From Dehalococcoidia bacterium (GTDB lineage Bacteria > Chloroflexota > Dehalococcoidia > Plut-88900): DNA of 64,000 nt. Made by a program: the position numbers and the translations under genes. The notes below the pieces were generated by a model, which saw nothing but the letters and a program-made list of their open reading frames with translations, ran no database searches and was not told where the DNA came from. Location: contig CBDBLV010000005.1 of the NCBI GenBank assembly GCA_965207225.1, forward strand, positions 64,001 to 128,000. The letters run 5' to 3'. Shown piece by piece: positions 28,288 through 39,430 of the stretch (positions within the stretch are counted from its first letter, which is position 1; every line of letters begins with the position of its first letter).

Positions 28288-30243
28288 CTAAGCCCGACCC
28301 GCCTCCGGTTCAGGGGGTGGGGGGGTGTCCGGGGTGGGGGCGCGGTGTTCGGGGGTGGGGGTTTCCTGCTCCGGCTCTGGAGCGGGGGGCGGGGGCCTGT
28401 TCGCCGCTACCACGGCGGGCACAACCTCAGTTAGGTCGGAGGTTGGGTCTGCGTCGAAGGCTGCGTCCAGCTCGTCGCCGTCCAGGGTTTCGACCTGCAT
28501 GACGTACTCGGCAAGCTGCACCAGCTTGGACTTGTTGGCGATGAGGATGTCCCGGGCGGTGTTTTCGGCGGTGCGGATCAGCTCCCGGATCTCCGAGTCT
28601 ATGCTCACGGCGATCTCTTCGCTGTAATTCCGCTGCTCGGAGAGCTCCTTGCCGAGGAAGACCAGCTCCTCCTTGTTCCCGAAGGTCCGGGGCCCGAGGG
28701 CATCGCTCATGCCGTACTGGGTAACCATGCTGCGGGCCAGCTTGGTGGCGTGCTCCAGGTCGTTGGAGGCGCCGGTGGTTATCTCGTCGAAGGTGAGAGC
28801 CTCGGCGACGCGGCCTCCGAGGGCGGTGGCGAGCATAGCCTTGAACTGGGAGCGGGAGTAGAGGTATCGGTCCTCGGCGGGGAGGAGGCGGGTGTAGCCG
28901 CCCATGCCTCCGCGGGCCACGATGGAAACCTTGTGGACCGAGTCGGAGTGCTCCATCATCCGGGCTACCAGGGCGTGCCCGACCTCGTGGTAGGCGGTGA
29001 TCGCCTTCTCTTTTGCACTGATCAGGCGACTCTTTCGGGCTGGGCCGGCTATGACACGGTCGATGGCCTCTTCCACCTGGCGGGTTGTGATTGTCTTCTG
29101 GCTGTGCCGGGCAGCGAGGATCGCGGCTTCGTTGACGAGGTTGGCGAGGTCTGCACCGCTGAATCCAGGAGTTTGCTTGGCCAGGACTTCCATGTCCACA
29201 TCCTCGGCCATAGGCTTGCCCTTGGAGTGAACGGCGAGGATTTCGCGTCTGCCATTGATGTCAGGCAGGTCCAGGACTACGCGCCGGTCAAAGCGGCCGG
29301 GGCGGAGGAGGGCGGGGTCCAGGATGTCAGGGCGGTTGGTGGCGGCGAGGACGATGACGTTGGTCGAGGAGTCGAAGCCGTCCATTTCGACGAGGATCTG
29401 GTTCAGGGTCTGCTCCCGCTCGTCGTGCCCGCCCCCGAGACCCGCGCCGCGGTGACGGCCAACGGCGTCGATCTCATCGACGAAGACTATGCAGGGGGAG
29501 TTGCGCTTGGCCTGGTCGAACAGGTCTCGGACGCGGGAGGCGCCGACGCCGACGAACATTTCGACGAACTCGCTGCCGCTTATGGAGAAGAAGGGAACAC
29601 CGGCCTCTCCGGCGACGGCCCGGCTGAGCAGGGTCTTGCCCGTCCCCGGGGACCCGACGAGGAGCACGCCCCTCGGCACCCGGGCCCCGAGGGCGGAGAA
29701 CTTCTCCGGGAAGCGGAGGAACTCCACCACTTCCTGCAGGTCCTGCTTGGCCTCTTCAACCCCGGCCACATCCAGGAAAGTCACGGTGGACTTGTTGCCC
29801 ACGAACATCCGGGCCCGGCTCCTGCCGAAGCCCAGGGCCTGGTTGCTGCTTCCCTGGGCCTGCCGCAGCAGGAACAGGAGGACCGCGCCGAAGAAGATCA
29901 GGGGCAGGAAGTTCAGGAAAAGCCCGAAGAGGCTGCTGAGCTGGCTGCGCTCCTTGATCCGGATGCTGAGGGCCGGTGTGATCTCGACTCCGTTCTCGGC
30001 CAGGATCTCGATGATGCTGGAGCCGGGCTCTTTCCGGGACTCGTAGCGCGTGCCGTCGGTGCCCGTGATGGTCAGCTTGTCCCCGTCAACCTCGATCTCC
30101 TGGATCTGGATGGGGGTGGCCTTCGCCATCGTAATGACCTCGGAGAGGTCGATGTCTTCGGTGCCGTAGGAGGGCTGGAACAGGGTGAAGACAATCGCCA
30201 CAATGGCGACGATGATTATTAGGTAGATAAAACTGCTTCTCAT
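28288..30243 (-). CDS. ftsH: ATP-dependent zinc metalloprotease FtsH
   Basis: [29 protein letters not shown]. Confidence 0.97.
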   Translation of the reverse strand: MRSSFIYLIIIVAIVAIVFTLFQPSYGTEDIDLSEVITMAKATPIQIQEIEVDGDKLTITGTDGTRYESRKEPGSSIIEILAENGVEITPALSIRIKERSQLSSLFGLFLNFLPLIFFGAVLLFLLRQAQGSSNQALGFGRSRARMFVGNKSTVTFLDVAGVEEAKQDLQEVVEFLRFPEKFSALGARVPRGVLLVGSPGTGKTLLSRAVAGEAGVPFFSISGSEFVEMFVGVGASRVRDLFDQAKRNSPCIVFVDEIDAVGRHRGAGLGGGHDEREQTLNQILVEMDGFDSSTNVIVLAATNRPDILDPALLRPGRFDRRVVLDLPDINGRREILAVHSKGKPMAEDVDMEVLAKQTPGFSGADLANLVNEAAILAARHSQKTITTRQVEEAIDRVIAGPARKSRLISAKEKAITAYHEVGHALVARMMEHSDSVHKVSIVARGGMGGYTRLLPAEDRYLYSRSQFKAMLATALGGRVAEALTFDEITTGASNDLEHATKLARSMVTQYGMSDALGPRTFGNKEELVFLGKELSEQRNYSEEIAVSIDSEIRELIRTAENTARDILIANKSKLVQLAEYVMQVETLDGDELDAAFDADPTSDLTEVVPAVVAANRPPPPAPEPEQETPTPEHRAPTPDTPPPPEPEAGRA

Positions 30244-30477
30244 GTTGCGGATTTCCTGATGTCCCCGAATGCCTCCAGTCAAATTATATTACGGAAGGTG
30301 GGCAGTGTCGAAACGGACGTGGTTTGTGCGTGATGATGGGCTGTACTATACTTGATTCTTCAGAGACGGCTGACGGCTGGCCAAGCCATAGCGGCGAAGC
30401 CGAGGCCAGAATTCTAAGAATTAGTGGAGGAGCCCCTTGGCCCGGGCCGTCTGCATCAATATGAGCAGGAACTGAGC

Positions 30478-31275
30478 ATGGATAGCGATTTCGACTTGAC
30501 GCTGAACGCCCTGGCGAATGAATTCCTGGAGACCCTGACAAATAGGAAACGCCAAAAAGTTGAGCCTGCAGTTACGAAGTTTGTGAGGTGGTTCGGCAGG
30601 GACTGGCCGGCAAGGAAAATCACAGGCCAACAGGTCGAACAGTATGCGCAGGAACTCAGCATAACCGCCGCCACAGAAAGCTCGCCGCACGTGCGAGCTT
30701 TCTTGAATTTTGCCCACAAACAGGGGACTTTCCAGCTAAGCCTGGCCCCGAGCTTCCGGGTCCGCAAGTCCACCATCACGGCCAAGGAGGGCCCAAAGCG
30801 GGCCCGCGTGGTGTCCCACCTTACCAAGGAGGGCATCGATAACATAAATGCCGAGGTAAAGGAGCTCAAAGCTCAGCGTCCCGCCTTGGCCGAAGCGATA
30901 AACAAGGCCGCCGCCGACAAGGACTTCCGGGAGAATGCCCCGCTGGAGGCGGCAAGGGAAGCCCAGGGCCGCGTCGAGTCCCGCATCATGGAGTTGGAAC
31001 AGCTCCTGCGCACGGCGGAAGTCCTGAAGGAAGACCAGGCCCGCGCCGGCTCAAGGGTGGCCATAGGCCGCACCATAGCGCTGGAGAACCTGTCCAACGG
31101 CAACAAGGTGCAGTACAAGCTGGTCTCGCCCAGCGAGGCAAAGATCTCCGAGGGGAAGATATCCATAGCGTCGCCGGTTGGGAAGGCGGTGCTGGGGAAG
31201 TCGGGAGGGGATGAGGTGGTCGTGGCTGCGCCTGCGGGGGCAATGCGGTTCAGGATAGTGCAGATCGTGTCCTAA
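30478..31275 (+). CDS. greA: Transcription elongation factor GreA with N-terminal extension
   Basis: LTKEG...DFRENAP...ISIASPVGKAVLG; ~110-aa helical N-terminal domain. Confidence 0.85.
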   Translation: MDSDFDLTLNALANEFLETLTNRKRQKVEPAVTKFVRWFGRDWPARKITGQQVEQYAQELSITAATESSPHVRAFLNFAHKQGTFQLSLAPSFRVRKSTITAKEGPKRARVVSHLTKEGIDNINAEVKELKAQRPALAEAINKAAADKDFRENAPLEAAREAQGRVESRIMELEQLLRTAEVLKEDQARAGSRVAIGRTIALENLSNGNKVQYKLVSPSEAKISEGKISIASPVGKAVLGKSGGDEVVVAAPAGAMRFRIVQIVS

Positions 31276-31293
31276 CAGACTCCGGGAGTAGGT

Positions 31294-31419
31294 ATGCAGC
31301 ACCTGCTAACCGGGCTAGAAGAAATCAACAGCCGCCTAGACCGGCTGTTTCTTTTAATGGTGGCGCTGGGAGTAGTGCAAATTTCCCTGCTAATATTCTT
31401 GCTAGTTCGGAGCAGTTAG
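31294..31419 (+). CDS. Small coiled-coil + TM protein (41 aa)
   Basis: MQHLLTGLEEINSRLDRLFLLMVALGVVQISLLIFLLVRSS after GGAG; resembles 44027..44233. Confidence 0.5.
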   Translation: MQHLLTGLEEINSRLDRLFLLMVALGVVQISLLIFLLVRSS

Positions 31420-31455
31420 AGCGGGCATGAACACTATGGTAGAGGGCGCATTTAG

Positions 31456-32367
31456 ATGCTGCTAGATGATTTAGTTAAAGCAATCGAAACCGTCCAGAAG
31501 CGGATAGACGACCACAGGGACAGTCTCAGCCAAAACGAATACCGGACGCGCATATCCCTTATTGACCCTATATTGAACGCTCTCGGGTGGGATGTTGCGA
31601 ACCCAGCATTGGTGACAATTGAGGACCACCATTCAGGTAGCGGAACCCCCGACTATGGGTTACTGGGCAAGGAGAAGAGTCAACCCATAGCCTTTATTGA
31701 GGCCAAAAGACTAGGCGAGCACCTAGATGCTCACCAAGATCAGATTTTCAAATACACCTGGGATCGCAAAGTGTTTTACGCTGCTCTTACTGACGGCAGT
31801 CGATGGATTCTCAGGGACGTAACTGCGGAGTTTTCACGACCGCCTCGTGAGGGTCTTCTCCTAGACTTGACTCTAGCCGACGAAACGCCTCACCAGTGTG
31901 CGCTAAAGCTATTGTTGCTCTGGCGGCAAACATTCGTAGACGGGCAGCCCATTGAGGCGAATAGGCCGATATTCGTCACGCCTCCAGATCCTAAGCCTCC
32001 TCCTCCACCCCCCCGTCAAGATTGGATACAGCTCACCAACTATGAATATAGTCTTGGTCAGCCGTTAGTACTGCGGCTACCGGACGGTCAAGAGAAGGAG
32101 CTCGGCCACTGGTACGAGATTGCTGGTAGCGTGGCCGAGTGGCTGATAAAGGAGAGGAAACTGACCACAAGTATGTGTCCGATAAGAGATATAGTCAGTT
32201 CTGACCTTAAGAGTGAAGGGGGTGCACGTTTCCTTAGGTATCGTAGGTTAAGAAACGGCATCTTTATCAATACAAATAAAAGTGCTAAGGACCACTTGAG
32301 AGGAACGAAAATACTCTTACAACACTGTAATCAAGACCCCGCCTCTATCCTCCTAAAGCCCAACTAA
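31456..32367 (+). CDS. HsdR N-terminal-like restriction endonuclease domain protein
   Basis: EYRTR..LIDPILNALGW, PDY, IEAK, LTDG motifs; low GC. Confidence 0.8.
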   Translation: MLLDDLVKAIETVQKRIDDHRDSLSQNEYRTRISLIDPILNALGWDVANPALVTIEDHHSGSGTPDYGLLGKEKSQPIAFIEAKRLGEHLDAHQDQIFKYTWDRKVFYAALTDGSRWILRDVTAEFSRPPREGLLLDLTLADETPHQCALKLLLLWRQTFVDGQPIEANRPIFVTPPDPKPPPPPPRQDWIQLTNYEYSLGQPLVLRLPDGQEKELGHWYEIAGSVAEWLIKERKLTTSMCPIRDIVSSDLKSEGGARFLRYRRLRNGIFINTNKSAKDHLRGTKILLQHCNQDPASILLKPN

Positions 32368-32395
32368 TGCTTCCCCACCCCACCCCCTCTAACCC

Positions 32396-33640
32396 ATGAA
32401 CCAGTGGCTCTGGATTCCGATTGCCATTGCGGCCGCTGTCCCGGGCCTTGCCCTATGGAGCGCCGGGGCCCACCCGCCCGCCGTGGTCGCTGCCTTCGTT
32501 TACGGGCTGGCCATTGTCGGGAGCGCGTTTTTGCTGTCCTGGTCTATGGAAGTGGCCGAGATGGATATCCCAAGAGCCCTGGCCATCTCAGTGCTGGCGG
32601 TGGTGGCCGTCCTGCCCGAGTACGCCATCGACGTATATCTCGCATGGACCGCCGCCTACATCCCCGAAAACGTAGGCCTTGCCACCGCCAATATGACCGG
32701 CGCCAACCGACTCCTCATCGGCATCGGCTGGAGCCTGGTAGTCTTTCTCTACTGGTTCAAGACCCGAAAGAGGGACCTCGCCATCGGCGGTGCGGTATCT
32801 CCTGCATTGGCCATTCTGCTCATCGCCACCCTGTACGCCTCCACCATAGTCCTTAGGGGCCAGCTTCACCTCGCCGACACCTTCGTCCTGGGCGCCCTCT
32901 TCCTGCTCTTCGTATGGACCAACTTCAAGTCGGAGAAGGTGAAGGCCGAGCTAGTCGGGCCCTCGGCCCTTATAGGGGCGCTGCCTACGGAGAGGCGTCG
33001 CACGGTGGTGATAGTGCTGTTCGTAATCGCCGCGGGCACCATTTTGTTGATGGCCGAGCCCTTCGTCGAAAGCCTGAAAGAGACCGGCCACTCCCTCGGC
33101 CTCAGCGAATTCCTGCTCATCCAGTGGGTCGCGCCCCTGGCCTCGGAGGCCCCCGAGATACTGCTGGCGGTGATATTCGTGCTGAAGGGTCGGGGGGAAG
33201 ACGGAATCGGGATTTTGGTGTCGTCCAAGGTGAACCAGTGGACGCTGCTGGTTGCCACTCTGCCCGCCGCCTACAACATTTCAGCGGGGTCCCTGGACGG
33301 CCTGCACATGGACAACAGGCAGGTCATTGAGGTCTTCCTGACGGCGGGGCAATCGCTGTTCGCAGTAGTCCTGATACTGAGGCACCACATCTCGGGGAGG
33401 GGGGCCATCGCGCTGTTCGGCCTGTTTACGGTCCAGCTCATACAGCAGCTGGTTATGGAGGAGTTGGGCCTACCATACGATCTAGAAATCCGCCTGGGCT
33501 TCTCGATACTCTACGTGGTCCTGAGCGTCGGCATCCTGGTCATAGACCGACATCGGGTAGAGGAGCTGCCGGGCATATTCCGCTCCCTAATGGTTGGGGG
33601 CAGGGATGAGGGGACGGAATCCGGCTCCAGGTCTGAGTGA
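32396..33640 (+). CDS. Cation/Ca2+ (CaCA) exchanger family transporter
   Basis: AVLPEY..ANMTGANR and PLASEAPE alpha-repeat motifs; multiple TMs. Confidence 0.8.
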   Translation: MNQWLWIPIAIAAAVPGLALWSAGAHPPAVVAAFVYGLAIVGSAFLLSWSMEVAEMDIPRALAISVLAVVAVLPEYAIDVYLAWTAAYIPENVGLATANMTGANRLLIGIGWSLVVFLYWFKTRKRDLAIGGAVSPALAILLIATLYASTIVLRGQLHLADTFVLGALFLLFVWTNFKSEKVKAELVGPSALIGALPTERRRTVVIVLFVIAAGTILLMAEPFVESLKETGHSLGLSEFLLIQWVAPLASEAPEILLAVIFVLKGRGEDGIGILVSSKVNQWTLLVATLPAAYNISAGSLDGLHMDNRQVIEVFLTAGQSLFAVVLILRHHISGRGAIALFGLFTVQLIQQLVMEELGLPYDLEIRLGFSILYVVLSVGILVIDRHRVEELPGIFRSLMVGGRDEGTESGSRSE

Positions 33641-33655
33641 CCCGGGCAGGGCGGG

Positions 33656-34231
33656 TTAACCGCCCTCGTAGGCCTCCCAGGGCTTGCGGGACATCACCCT
33701 CTTCACGATGGGTTCGAAGAACTCCAGGGGCTTGGTCGGGTAGTCCTGCGCGAAGGCGTTCTGGTCGTACTTGTAGCACCAGTCTATGCAGTCCTGGTAG
33801 TAGGGGCTGTCCTTGTACTTCTCCCTGGCATAGCGGTCCTTGCCCGTCATGTGCCAGAAGTAGTAGCCTTGGAACTCCCCGTGATGCTGGACTATCCAGT
33901 GGTTCTTCTTAGAGATGTAGGGCCTGAGGATGGCCGCCGCCACCTCCGAGTGGTTGTCCTGTGACACTATCTGCCCGACATCGTGGAACAGGGCGACGAA
34001 TACGGTCTCTTCGTCGGCGCCGTCCTCGTAGGCCCGGGTCGCCGACTGTAGAGAATGTTCAAGGCCGTTGACCGGCCCGCCGTCGTCGGAGAACTCCATC
34101 TGCTTGAGCATGTTCATCAGGGAGTCGTAGACCCTCTCCCGACGCTGTCCGGCGTACTGCTTGATGATGTCCCAGTCCTCCTGGGTGCTGGTCTCCATGC
34201 TGGAATAGGTGGCGCGCTCTTGGATGGTCAT
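33656..34231 (-). CDS. HD-domain protein (PhnZ-like)
   Basis: EHSLQSATRA..GADEE...HDVG, NH, HH, YD. Confidence 0.75.
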   Translation of the reverse strand: MTIQERATYSSMETSTQEDWDIIKQYAGQRRERVYDSLMNMLKQMEFSDDGGPVNGLEHSLQSATRAYEDGADEETVFVALFHDVGQIVSQDNHSEVAAAILRPYISKKNHWIVQHHGEFQGYYFWHMTGKDRYAREKYKDSPYYQDCIDWCYKYDQNAFAQDYPTKPLEFFEPIVKRVMSRKPWEAYEGG

Positions 34232-34298
34232 GGCATTCGGCTCCGGTGGTTTGGTTGGGCCAGTGTATTACGTATCCGGTGAGGGCACAACACGGGTG

Positions 34299-35237
34299 TC
34301 AGGAACCCAGACCAAGCAACCTCGCCGCATTCCCGTGCATCATGGCGTCGACTTCCTCACGAGCGAAGGACGCCCTTTCCGTGGGGTTGTCAGGCAGGTC
34401 GCGGATGAGGTCGACCCACCACTTGCGGAAGTACCAGCGGGTCCAGACCGGGCCGTCGCAGCCGAACATCACTCGGTCCGCCCCTAGCCCGTCCATGACC
34501 CGACGCAGTACCAGGCAGAACCGGCCGTAGTTGGTCGCGGCCTCGTGCTGGAAGGCCGAGAAGTCGGTGACCAGGTTCGGCCTGTCTTGCGCCACCTCGA
34601 TCAGTTCCCGCCATGAGGCTATGCCCATGTGCGCGGCAATGACCTTGAGGTCGGGGAAGTCCGTGAGGACCTGGACCAGCTCCTTGGGCTGGCTGAACTT
34701 CGGGTTCAGCGGCTGGAACATCTGCCCTGTGTGGAAGAGGACGGGGAGGCCGAGGGCCTGCAACCGCTCGTAGATCGGGTACGCCGCCTGGTGCCACGGG
34801 AACAGGCCGCTCATATTGGGGTGGAACTTGAACCCTTTGGCGTTCCACTCCTCCACCGACCTTTCCACGAACTCCAGCGCCCCCTCCGCCCGGGGGTCGA
34901 TACATGAGAAGAAGATGTACCGGTCTGGGTGGGCGGCGCATATCTCGGCCAGCTCCCGGTTCTGGTCCTCGACGGATTTGGGCGCCACGCCCAGAGCGCA
35001 TGACCCGTCGATGGCGGTGTTGATGGTCAGGTGGATGCCGGCTTCATCCATCTCGGCGATGCAGTCCGAGCCGTCGGGGTCGAAGCACTTGGCGAAGAGG
35101 TTGCGATCGATCTCCTCGGGGGTGCCGGAGAAGGGGGAGTCGGTGATGTAGGTGGAGAAGAAGTTGGCGTAGATATCCCACCAGTGGTCGGAGAGGTACT
35201 CCCGGGTCCAGATGTGGTTATGGATGTCTATGGTCAT
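34299..35237 (-). CDS. Amidohydrolase_2 family protein
   Basis: DIHNH, KFHP, FHTG, AHMG, FGCDGP. Confidence 0.85.
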   Translation of the reverse strand: MTIDIHNHIWTREYLSDHWWDIYANFFSTYITDSPFSGTPEEIDRNLFAKCFDPDGSDCIAEMDEAGIHLTINTAIDGSCALGVAPKSVEDQNRELAEICAAHPDRYIFFSCIDPRAEGALEFVERSVEEWNAKGFKFHPNMSGLFPWHQAAYPIYERLQALGLPVLFHTGQMFQPLNPKFSQPKELVQVLTDFPDLKVIAAHMGIASWRELIEVAQDRPNLVTDFSAFQHEAATNYGRFCLVLRRVMDGLGADRVMFGCDGPVWTRWYFRKWWVDLIRDLPDNPTERASFAREEVDAMMHGNAARLLGLGS

Positions 35238-35384
35238 GGTGATGCTCCGTTAGGCATGAATCACCGTTAGATCCGCTGAGAAAGCGCGGTAAACATACCA
35301 TATTAGCTGCGCCATGTGGCAAACGAGGCCGACCCTTGATACCATGCACATTAGGCCCGTCCCCCGACTACCGGCAGAGACAGC

Positions 35385-36518
35385 ATGAGATTCGACAGCA
35401 CGCCTTACTATCACCTCGGGACTCCCTACCCTTGGGACACGATGGTCGATGAGATGCGGCAGGAGGCCCAGCTCCTCGAGCAGGGCGGCTTCACGGGCGT
35501 CTGGATCGCCGAGCACCACTTTGCATGGGACGGCTGGCTCGCCACCTCCCCCAACCCCCTCATGCTCGGGCAAGACCTGGCGGCCCACACCGACAGCCTC
35601 CGCATCGGCCAGTGCGGGGTCATCCTCCCCGACTGGCATCCCCTCCGCGTCGCCGAGGATGTGGCTCTGCTGGACCATTTCACCAAGGGTCGGGTGGACT
35701 TCGGGGTGGCGCGGGGGCTGAACGGCCGGGCCTCGATCCAGTTCCACCCGGACGCCGACCGCCGGGACCCGGACCGAAGCTATGCCCTGTTCTCAGAATC
35801 GCTGGACATAGTGAGAAAGGCGTGGACTGAAGATGCGTTCACCTACTCGGGCGAGTTCTACCGGTTCCCGGAACCCGGCTGGATAGAGCAATCAGAGTTT
35901 ATCCGTGACAGCCGCTTCCACGCCCCCGACGGCGAGCTTATAGCCCTGGGCGTACACCCAAAGCCCTACCAGAAGCCGCATCCACCCATGTGGCAGATGG
36001 GCGACTCACTCCAGTCGCATCGGTTCTCTGCCAGCCGGGGAATGGGGAACATCTGCCTGGCCCTCTCATACGAGAAGATCAGGGAGGCGTGGGGGATATA
36101 CAACGAGGTTGCGCTGGACGCCGAGGGTCGAGAGCTGCAAGTTGGGGAGGGGGTGGCCGTCATGCGACCTACCTTCCTCGCCGACACATACGAGGAGGCC
36201 GTGAGCGCCGTTCGGGACAACTTCAATATGTTCGGGGAATGGGCCAAACACGACCCTCGAAAAATCCGCACCAAGATGGCCTTCGCGCACGAGATGGCCG
36301 ACGAGGACTACAACCTGAGCTACTTCGACTTCAACCAGAAGCACGATTTGATACTGGTCGGGTCACCGGAGACGGTCAGGGAGCAGATCGAAGAGCTAGC
36401 AGCAGAGACCGGGTGCCGGCACCTGGCGCTGTTCCTGAACTTCCCGGGGCTCAGCTTCGAGCAGGTTATGCACAGCCTGGACCTGTTCGCCTCCGAGGTT
36501 ATCCCGCACTTCAACTAG
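35385..36518 (+). CDS. Luciferase-like (LLM) flavin-dependent monooxygenase
   Basis: WIAEHH, HPLRVAED..LLD, GVARG, PKPYQKPHPP. Confidence 0.9.
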   Translation: MRFDSTPYYHLGTPYPWDTMVDEMRQEAQLLEQGGFTGVWIAEHHFAWDGWLATSPNPLMLGQDLAAHTDSLRIGQCGVILPDWHPLRVAEDVALLDHFTKGRVDFGVARGLNGRASIQFHPDADRRDPDRSYALFSESLDIVRKAWTEDAFTYSGEFYRFPEPGWIEQSEFIRDSRFHAPDGELIALGVHPKPYQKPHPPMWQMGDSLQSHRFSASRGMGNICLALSYEKIREAWGIYNEVALDAEGRELQVGEGVAVMRPTFLADTYEEAVSAVRDNFNMFGEWAKHDPRKIRTKMAFAHEMADEDYNLSYFDFNQKHDLILVGSPETVREQIEELAAETGCRHLALFLNFPGLSFEQVMHSLDLFASEVIPHFN

Positions 36519-36522
36519 GGGC

Positions 36523-37161
36523 TCAGGACTCGTCGGGGGAGGCGAGTTCGGCCCACAGGCCCCGGGCGGTCTTTGAGGCTGTACCGTACCCGAACCCCCG
36601 ACGCCCCAGGTGGTCTACGAGCTTCTTGAAGAAGGAGTCGAAGTCATCCGTTGGCAGGGTGCGGGCACGACGCTGGGCGGCCCGGTAGGCCTCGGCCTCA
36701 TCGTCCATATCCAGGGTCACGTCCTCAATCGCCGAGCCGTTGATCCCCTTCTGACGGAGTTCCATCTCCAGCATCCTGCGGCTGCGTGGCCGGAAGGTTA
36801 CCCGCTGGTCGACCCAGTACTGGGCGAAGGTGAAGTCGTCAAGCAGGCCGAGCGTCTTTAGCTGCTCGACAGTGCGGTCGATTACCGCCTCTCCGAGTTT
36901 TCGCTGGCGCAGGCGGGTACGGAGTTCGCGTTCGCTGCGGGGCCGGGCCGAAAGGTATCGGAGGGCCACGGAGAGGGCGGAGTCGAGGCCTGCCTTTTCG
37001 AGCAACTCGGAGAGCCGGTCTTCGGAGACTTCCTGGCCGATTTCGAGACGGGCATCGTGGGCGGAGAGCCGGTCCAGGGCGAAGGCGTAGCGGCCATCGA
37101 TGAAGATATTGACCCGGTCCTGGCGCTTCTTCTGGGGGTGGATATCGGTGATTTGGGGCAT
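36523..37161 (-). CDS. recX: Regulatory protein RecX
   Basis: RVNIFIDG, LSARPRSERELR, LLDD..FA, L.RRGF. Confidence 0.92.
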   Translation of the reverse strand: MPQITDIHPQKKRQDRVNIFIDGRYAFALDRLSAHDARLEIGQEVSEDRLSELLEKAGLDSALSVALRYLSARPRSERELRTRLRQRKLGEAVIDRTVEQLKTLGLLDDFTFAQYWVDQRVTFRPRSRRMLEMELRQKGINGSAIEDVTLDMDDEAEAYRAAQRRARTLPTDDFDSFFKKLVDHLGRRGFGYGTASKTARGLWAELASPDES

Positions 37162-37271
37162 GGGAGAAGATTCTAGATGTTAGCAGGTGGTTCTTCAAAC
37201 CAACTGCACGCTTGACACCCGACTCCTCCCATTCCTACCCTTCCACAATCTTTCAGCGGGAGGGATGCGTT

Positions 37272-38831
37272 TTGGCTAGCGAATTGGATGCCGTAATCAT
37301 CGGGGGCGGGCATAACGGGTTGGTGGCGGCGTGCTATCTGGCCAAGGCAGGGCTGAAGGTGACGGTGCTAGAGCGTCGGGGGGTGGTGGGCGGGGCCTCA
37401 GTGACCGAAGAGGACACGTTCCCCGGGTTCCGGGTATCGACGGCGGCGATGGTCGGGGGTCTGCTGAAGCCGAAGATTGCTGCGGAGCTCGAGCTGCACA
37501 AGTTCGGGTACGGTCCCCTGGTTTCGTACGATCCCGTCAGCCTCCAGCTGTTCCCCGACGGCCGGTATCTGCTGGCATGGAACGACCCCGTCAAGACCAT
37601 GGACGAGTTCGCCAAGTTCTCCCGCAAGGATGGCGAGGCTTTCCTGGACCTGCGCATGCGGATGGACAGGCTGGTGTCGGTGCTGAAGCCGCTGGAGCTC
37701 AGGCCTCCCATGAGCATCGAGGAGGTCTGCAGGCAGTTCCCGGACCCCGAGGATGCCTATTTCTTCCAGGAAGTGTTGACCAGTCCCATGAAGGACTTCC
37801 TGGACGCCAGGTTTGAGACGGAAGAGGTGAAGGCGAACGTGGTATCCAACGGGGTGGTGGGGTTGGCAGGAGGGCCCTATTCGCCGGGGAGTGTCTACAT
37901 GGTGCTCCACTATTGGCCCGAGCTCGGCGTTCCCATAGGCACGGTTCCAGGGGGCATGGGGGCGATAACACAGGCCCTTGCGGCCTGCGCCCGCAGCCAC
38001 GGGGCCGAGGTCCGGACCGGGGCGGAGGTTGCCCGTGTCATTGTCAAAGAAGAAAGGGCCACGGGGGTGGAGTTGATGAACGGCGAGGTGCTGAACGCGC
38101 GGGTCGTGCTATCCAATGCCGACCCGAAGCGGAGCCTGCTGGGCCTCGTCGAAACGGAGCACCTGGACGAGAGTTTTCGTCGGAGGGTGGAGTCGGTGAG
38201 GAGCGAGGGGGTGGTGTTCAAGGCCAACCTGGCCCTGAGCGAGCTGCCGGACTTCACGGCGATTCCGGGCAAGGAGGTCGGGCCGCAGCACATTGCGCCC
38301 TTCAGGATATGCTCCTCGGTGGACTACCTGGAAAGAGCATGGGACGACGCCAAGTTCGGTGAGACGTCCCGGGAGCCGTACATGTACTGCGTCATTCACT
38401 CGGCGACGGACCCGACCGCCGCGCCGGAGGGCAAGCACCTGATGGGGGTGTTCGTGCAGTATGCGCCTTACCATCTCCGGGACACGGACTGGGACACCGA
38501 GCGGGACGTCTTCGGGAAGCGCTGCATCGACACCCTGGCCCAGTACGCTCCGAACATTCCCGACGCCATCATCGACTACCAGTTCCTCTCACCCAGGGAC
38601 CTGGAGGAGAAGCTGTACCTGACCCACGGGCACATGTTCCACGCCGAGAACGCCTTCGCCCAGCTCTTCAACGCCCGGCCCGTCCGGGGGATGAGCGACT
38701 ACCGAACGCCAATACCCGGCTACTACCTCTGCGGCGCGGGCACGCACCCCGGCGGCACGGTGAGAGGGGCCCCGGGCCATAACGCCGCCCATGAGGTGAT
38801 CAAGGACCTGGGGGAGGGGGTGGTGGGATGA
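37272..38831 (+). CDS. Phytoene dehydrogenase-like FAD oxidoreductase
   Basis: IIGGGHNGL, GGMG, YRTPIPGYYLCGAGTHPGG; TTG start after GGAGG. Confidence 0.85.
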   Translation: MASELDAVIIGGGHNGLVAACYLAKAGLKVTVLERRGVVGGASVTEEDTFPGFRVSTAAMVGGLLKPKIAAELELHKFGYGPLVSYDPVSLQLFPDGRYLLAWNDPVKTMDEFAKFSRKDGEAFLDLRMRMDRLVSVLKPLELRPPMSIEEVCRQFPDPEDAYFFQEVLTSPMKDFLDARFETEEVKANVVSNGVVGLAGGPYSPGSVYMVLHYWPELGVPIGTVPGGMGAITQALAACARSHGAEVRTGAEVARVIVKEERATGVELMNGEVLNARVVLSNADPKRSLLGLVETEHLDESFRRRVESVRSEGVVFKANLALSELPDFTAIPGKEVGPQHIAPFRICSSVDYLERAWDDAKFGETSREPYMYCVIHSATDPTAAPEGKHLMGVFVQYAPYHLRDTDWDTERDVFGKRCIDTLAQYAPNIPDAIIDYQFLSPRDLEEKLYLTHGHMFHAENAFAQLFNARPVRGMSDYRTPIPGYYLCGAGTHPGGTVRGAPGHNAAHEVIKDLGEGVVG

Positions 38832-38857
38832 ATGCACGGGGTGGAGATTACGGCTTG

Positions 38858-39430
38858 ATGACCAAGCTGAAGAGGCCTTCGCTTTGGGCATTCATCGGCT
38901 TTCTGGTGGTCACGGCTATCGTGGCGATCGTGGCGGTGGTGAGCGGGGACTTCGGGGATTTCGAAGCCAAGGTGCTGATAACGAGCCTGATCATCTCCGG
39001 CGCGAGCGTGTGCGTGATGGCCTACGCCATCTTTGCCGAGAGGAGCGGCCGGGTGAGGGTAGGCCAGGTCGGGGTGGCGCTTACAGTCGTGGCGGCGGGG
39101 CTGCTGCTGGTGGGCATGTGGTCCGAGAGGGGCGAGGATGAGTTCTGGAAGGCGACCTTGACCTTGTTGATTCTCGCGGTTGGGCTGGCCTACGCCCTGC
39201 TCCTGCTGCTGCCCGATCTCAAGGGCAAGCAGAGATGGGTTCACACAACCTCCTCGGTCTCGATAGGGGCGCTGGCGGCCATGATGATACTTGCCATCTG
39301 GGTGGAGTTTTCCGAGGGCTGGTACATCCGCCTATTAGCGGTGGTTGCGATACTGGTCGCCCTGCAGACGCTGATAATCCCGGTGTTGATGTGGCTACGC
39401 AAGATGTCGGAGCGGGAGGGTGGAGGCTAG
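38858..39430 (+). CDS. Hypothetical multi-pass membrane protein
   Basis: About six hydrophobic segments; follows the oxidoreductase. Confidence 0.7.
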   Translation: MTKLKRPSLWAFIGFLVVTAIVAIVAVVSGDFGDFEAKVLITSLIISGASVCVMAYAIFAERSGRVRVGQVGVALTVVAAGLLLVGMWSERGEDEFWKATLTLLILAVGLAYALLLLLPDLKGKQRWVHTTSSVSIGALAAMMILAIWVEFSEGWYIRLLAVVAILVALQTLIIPVLMWLRKMSEREGGG

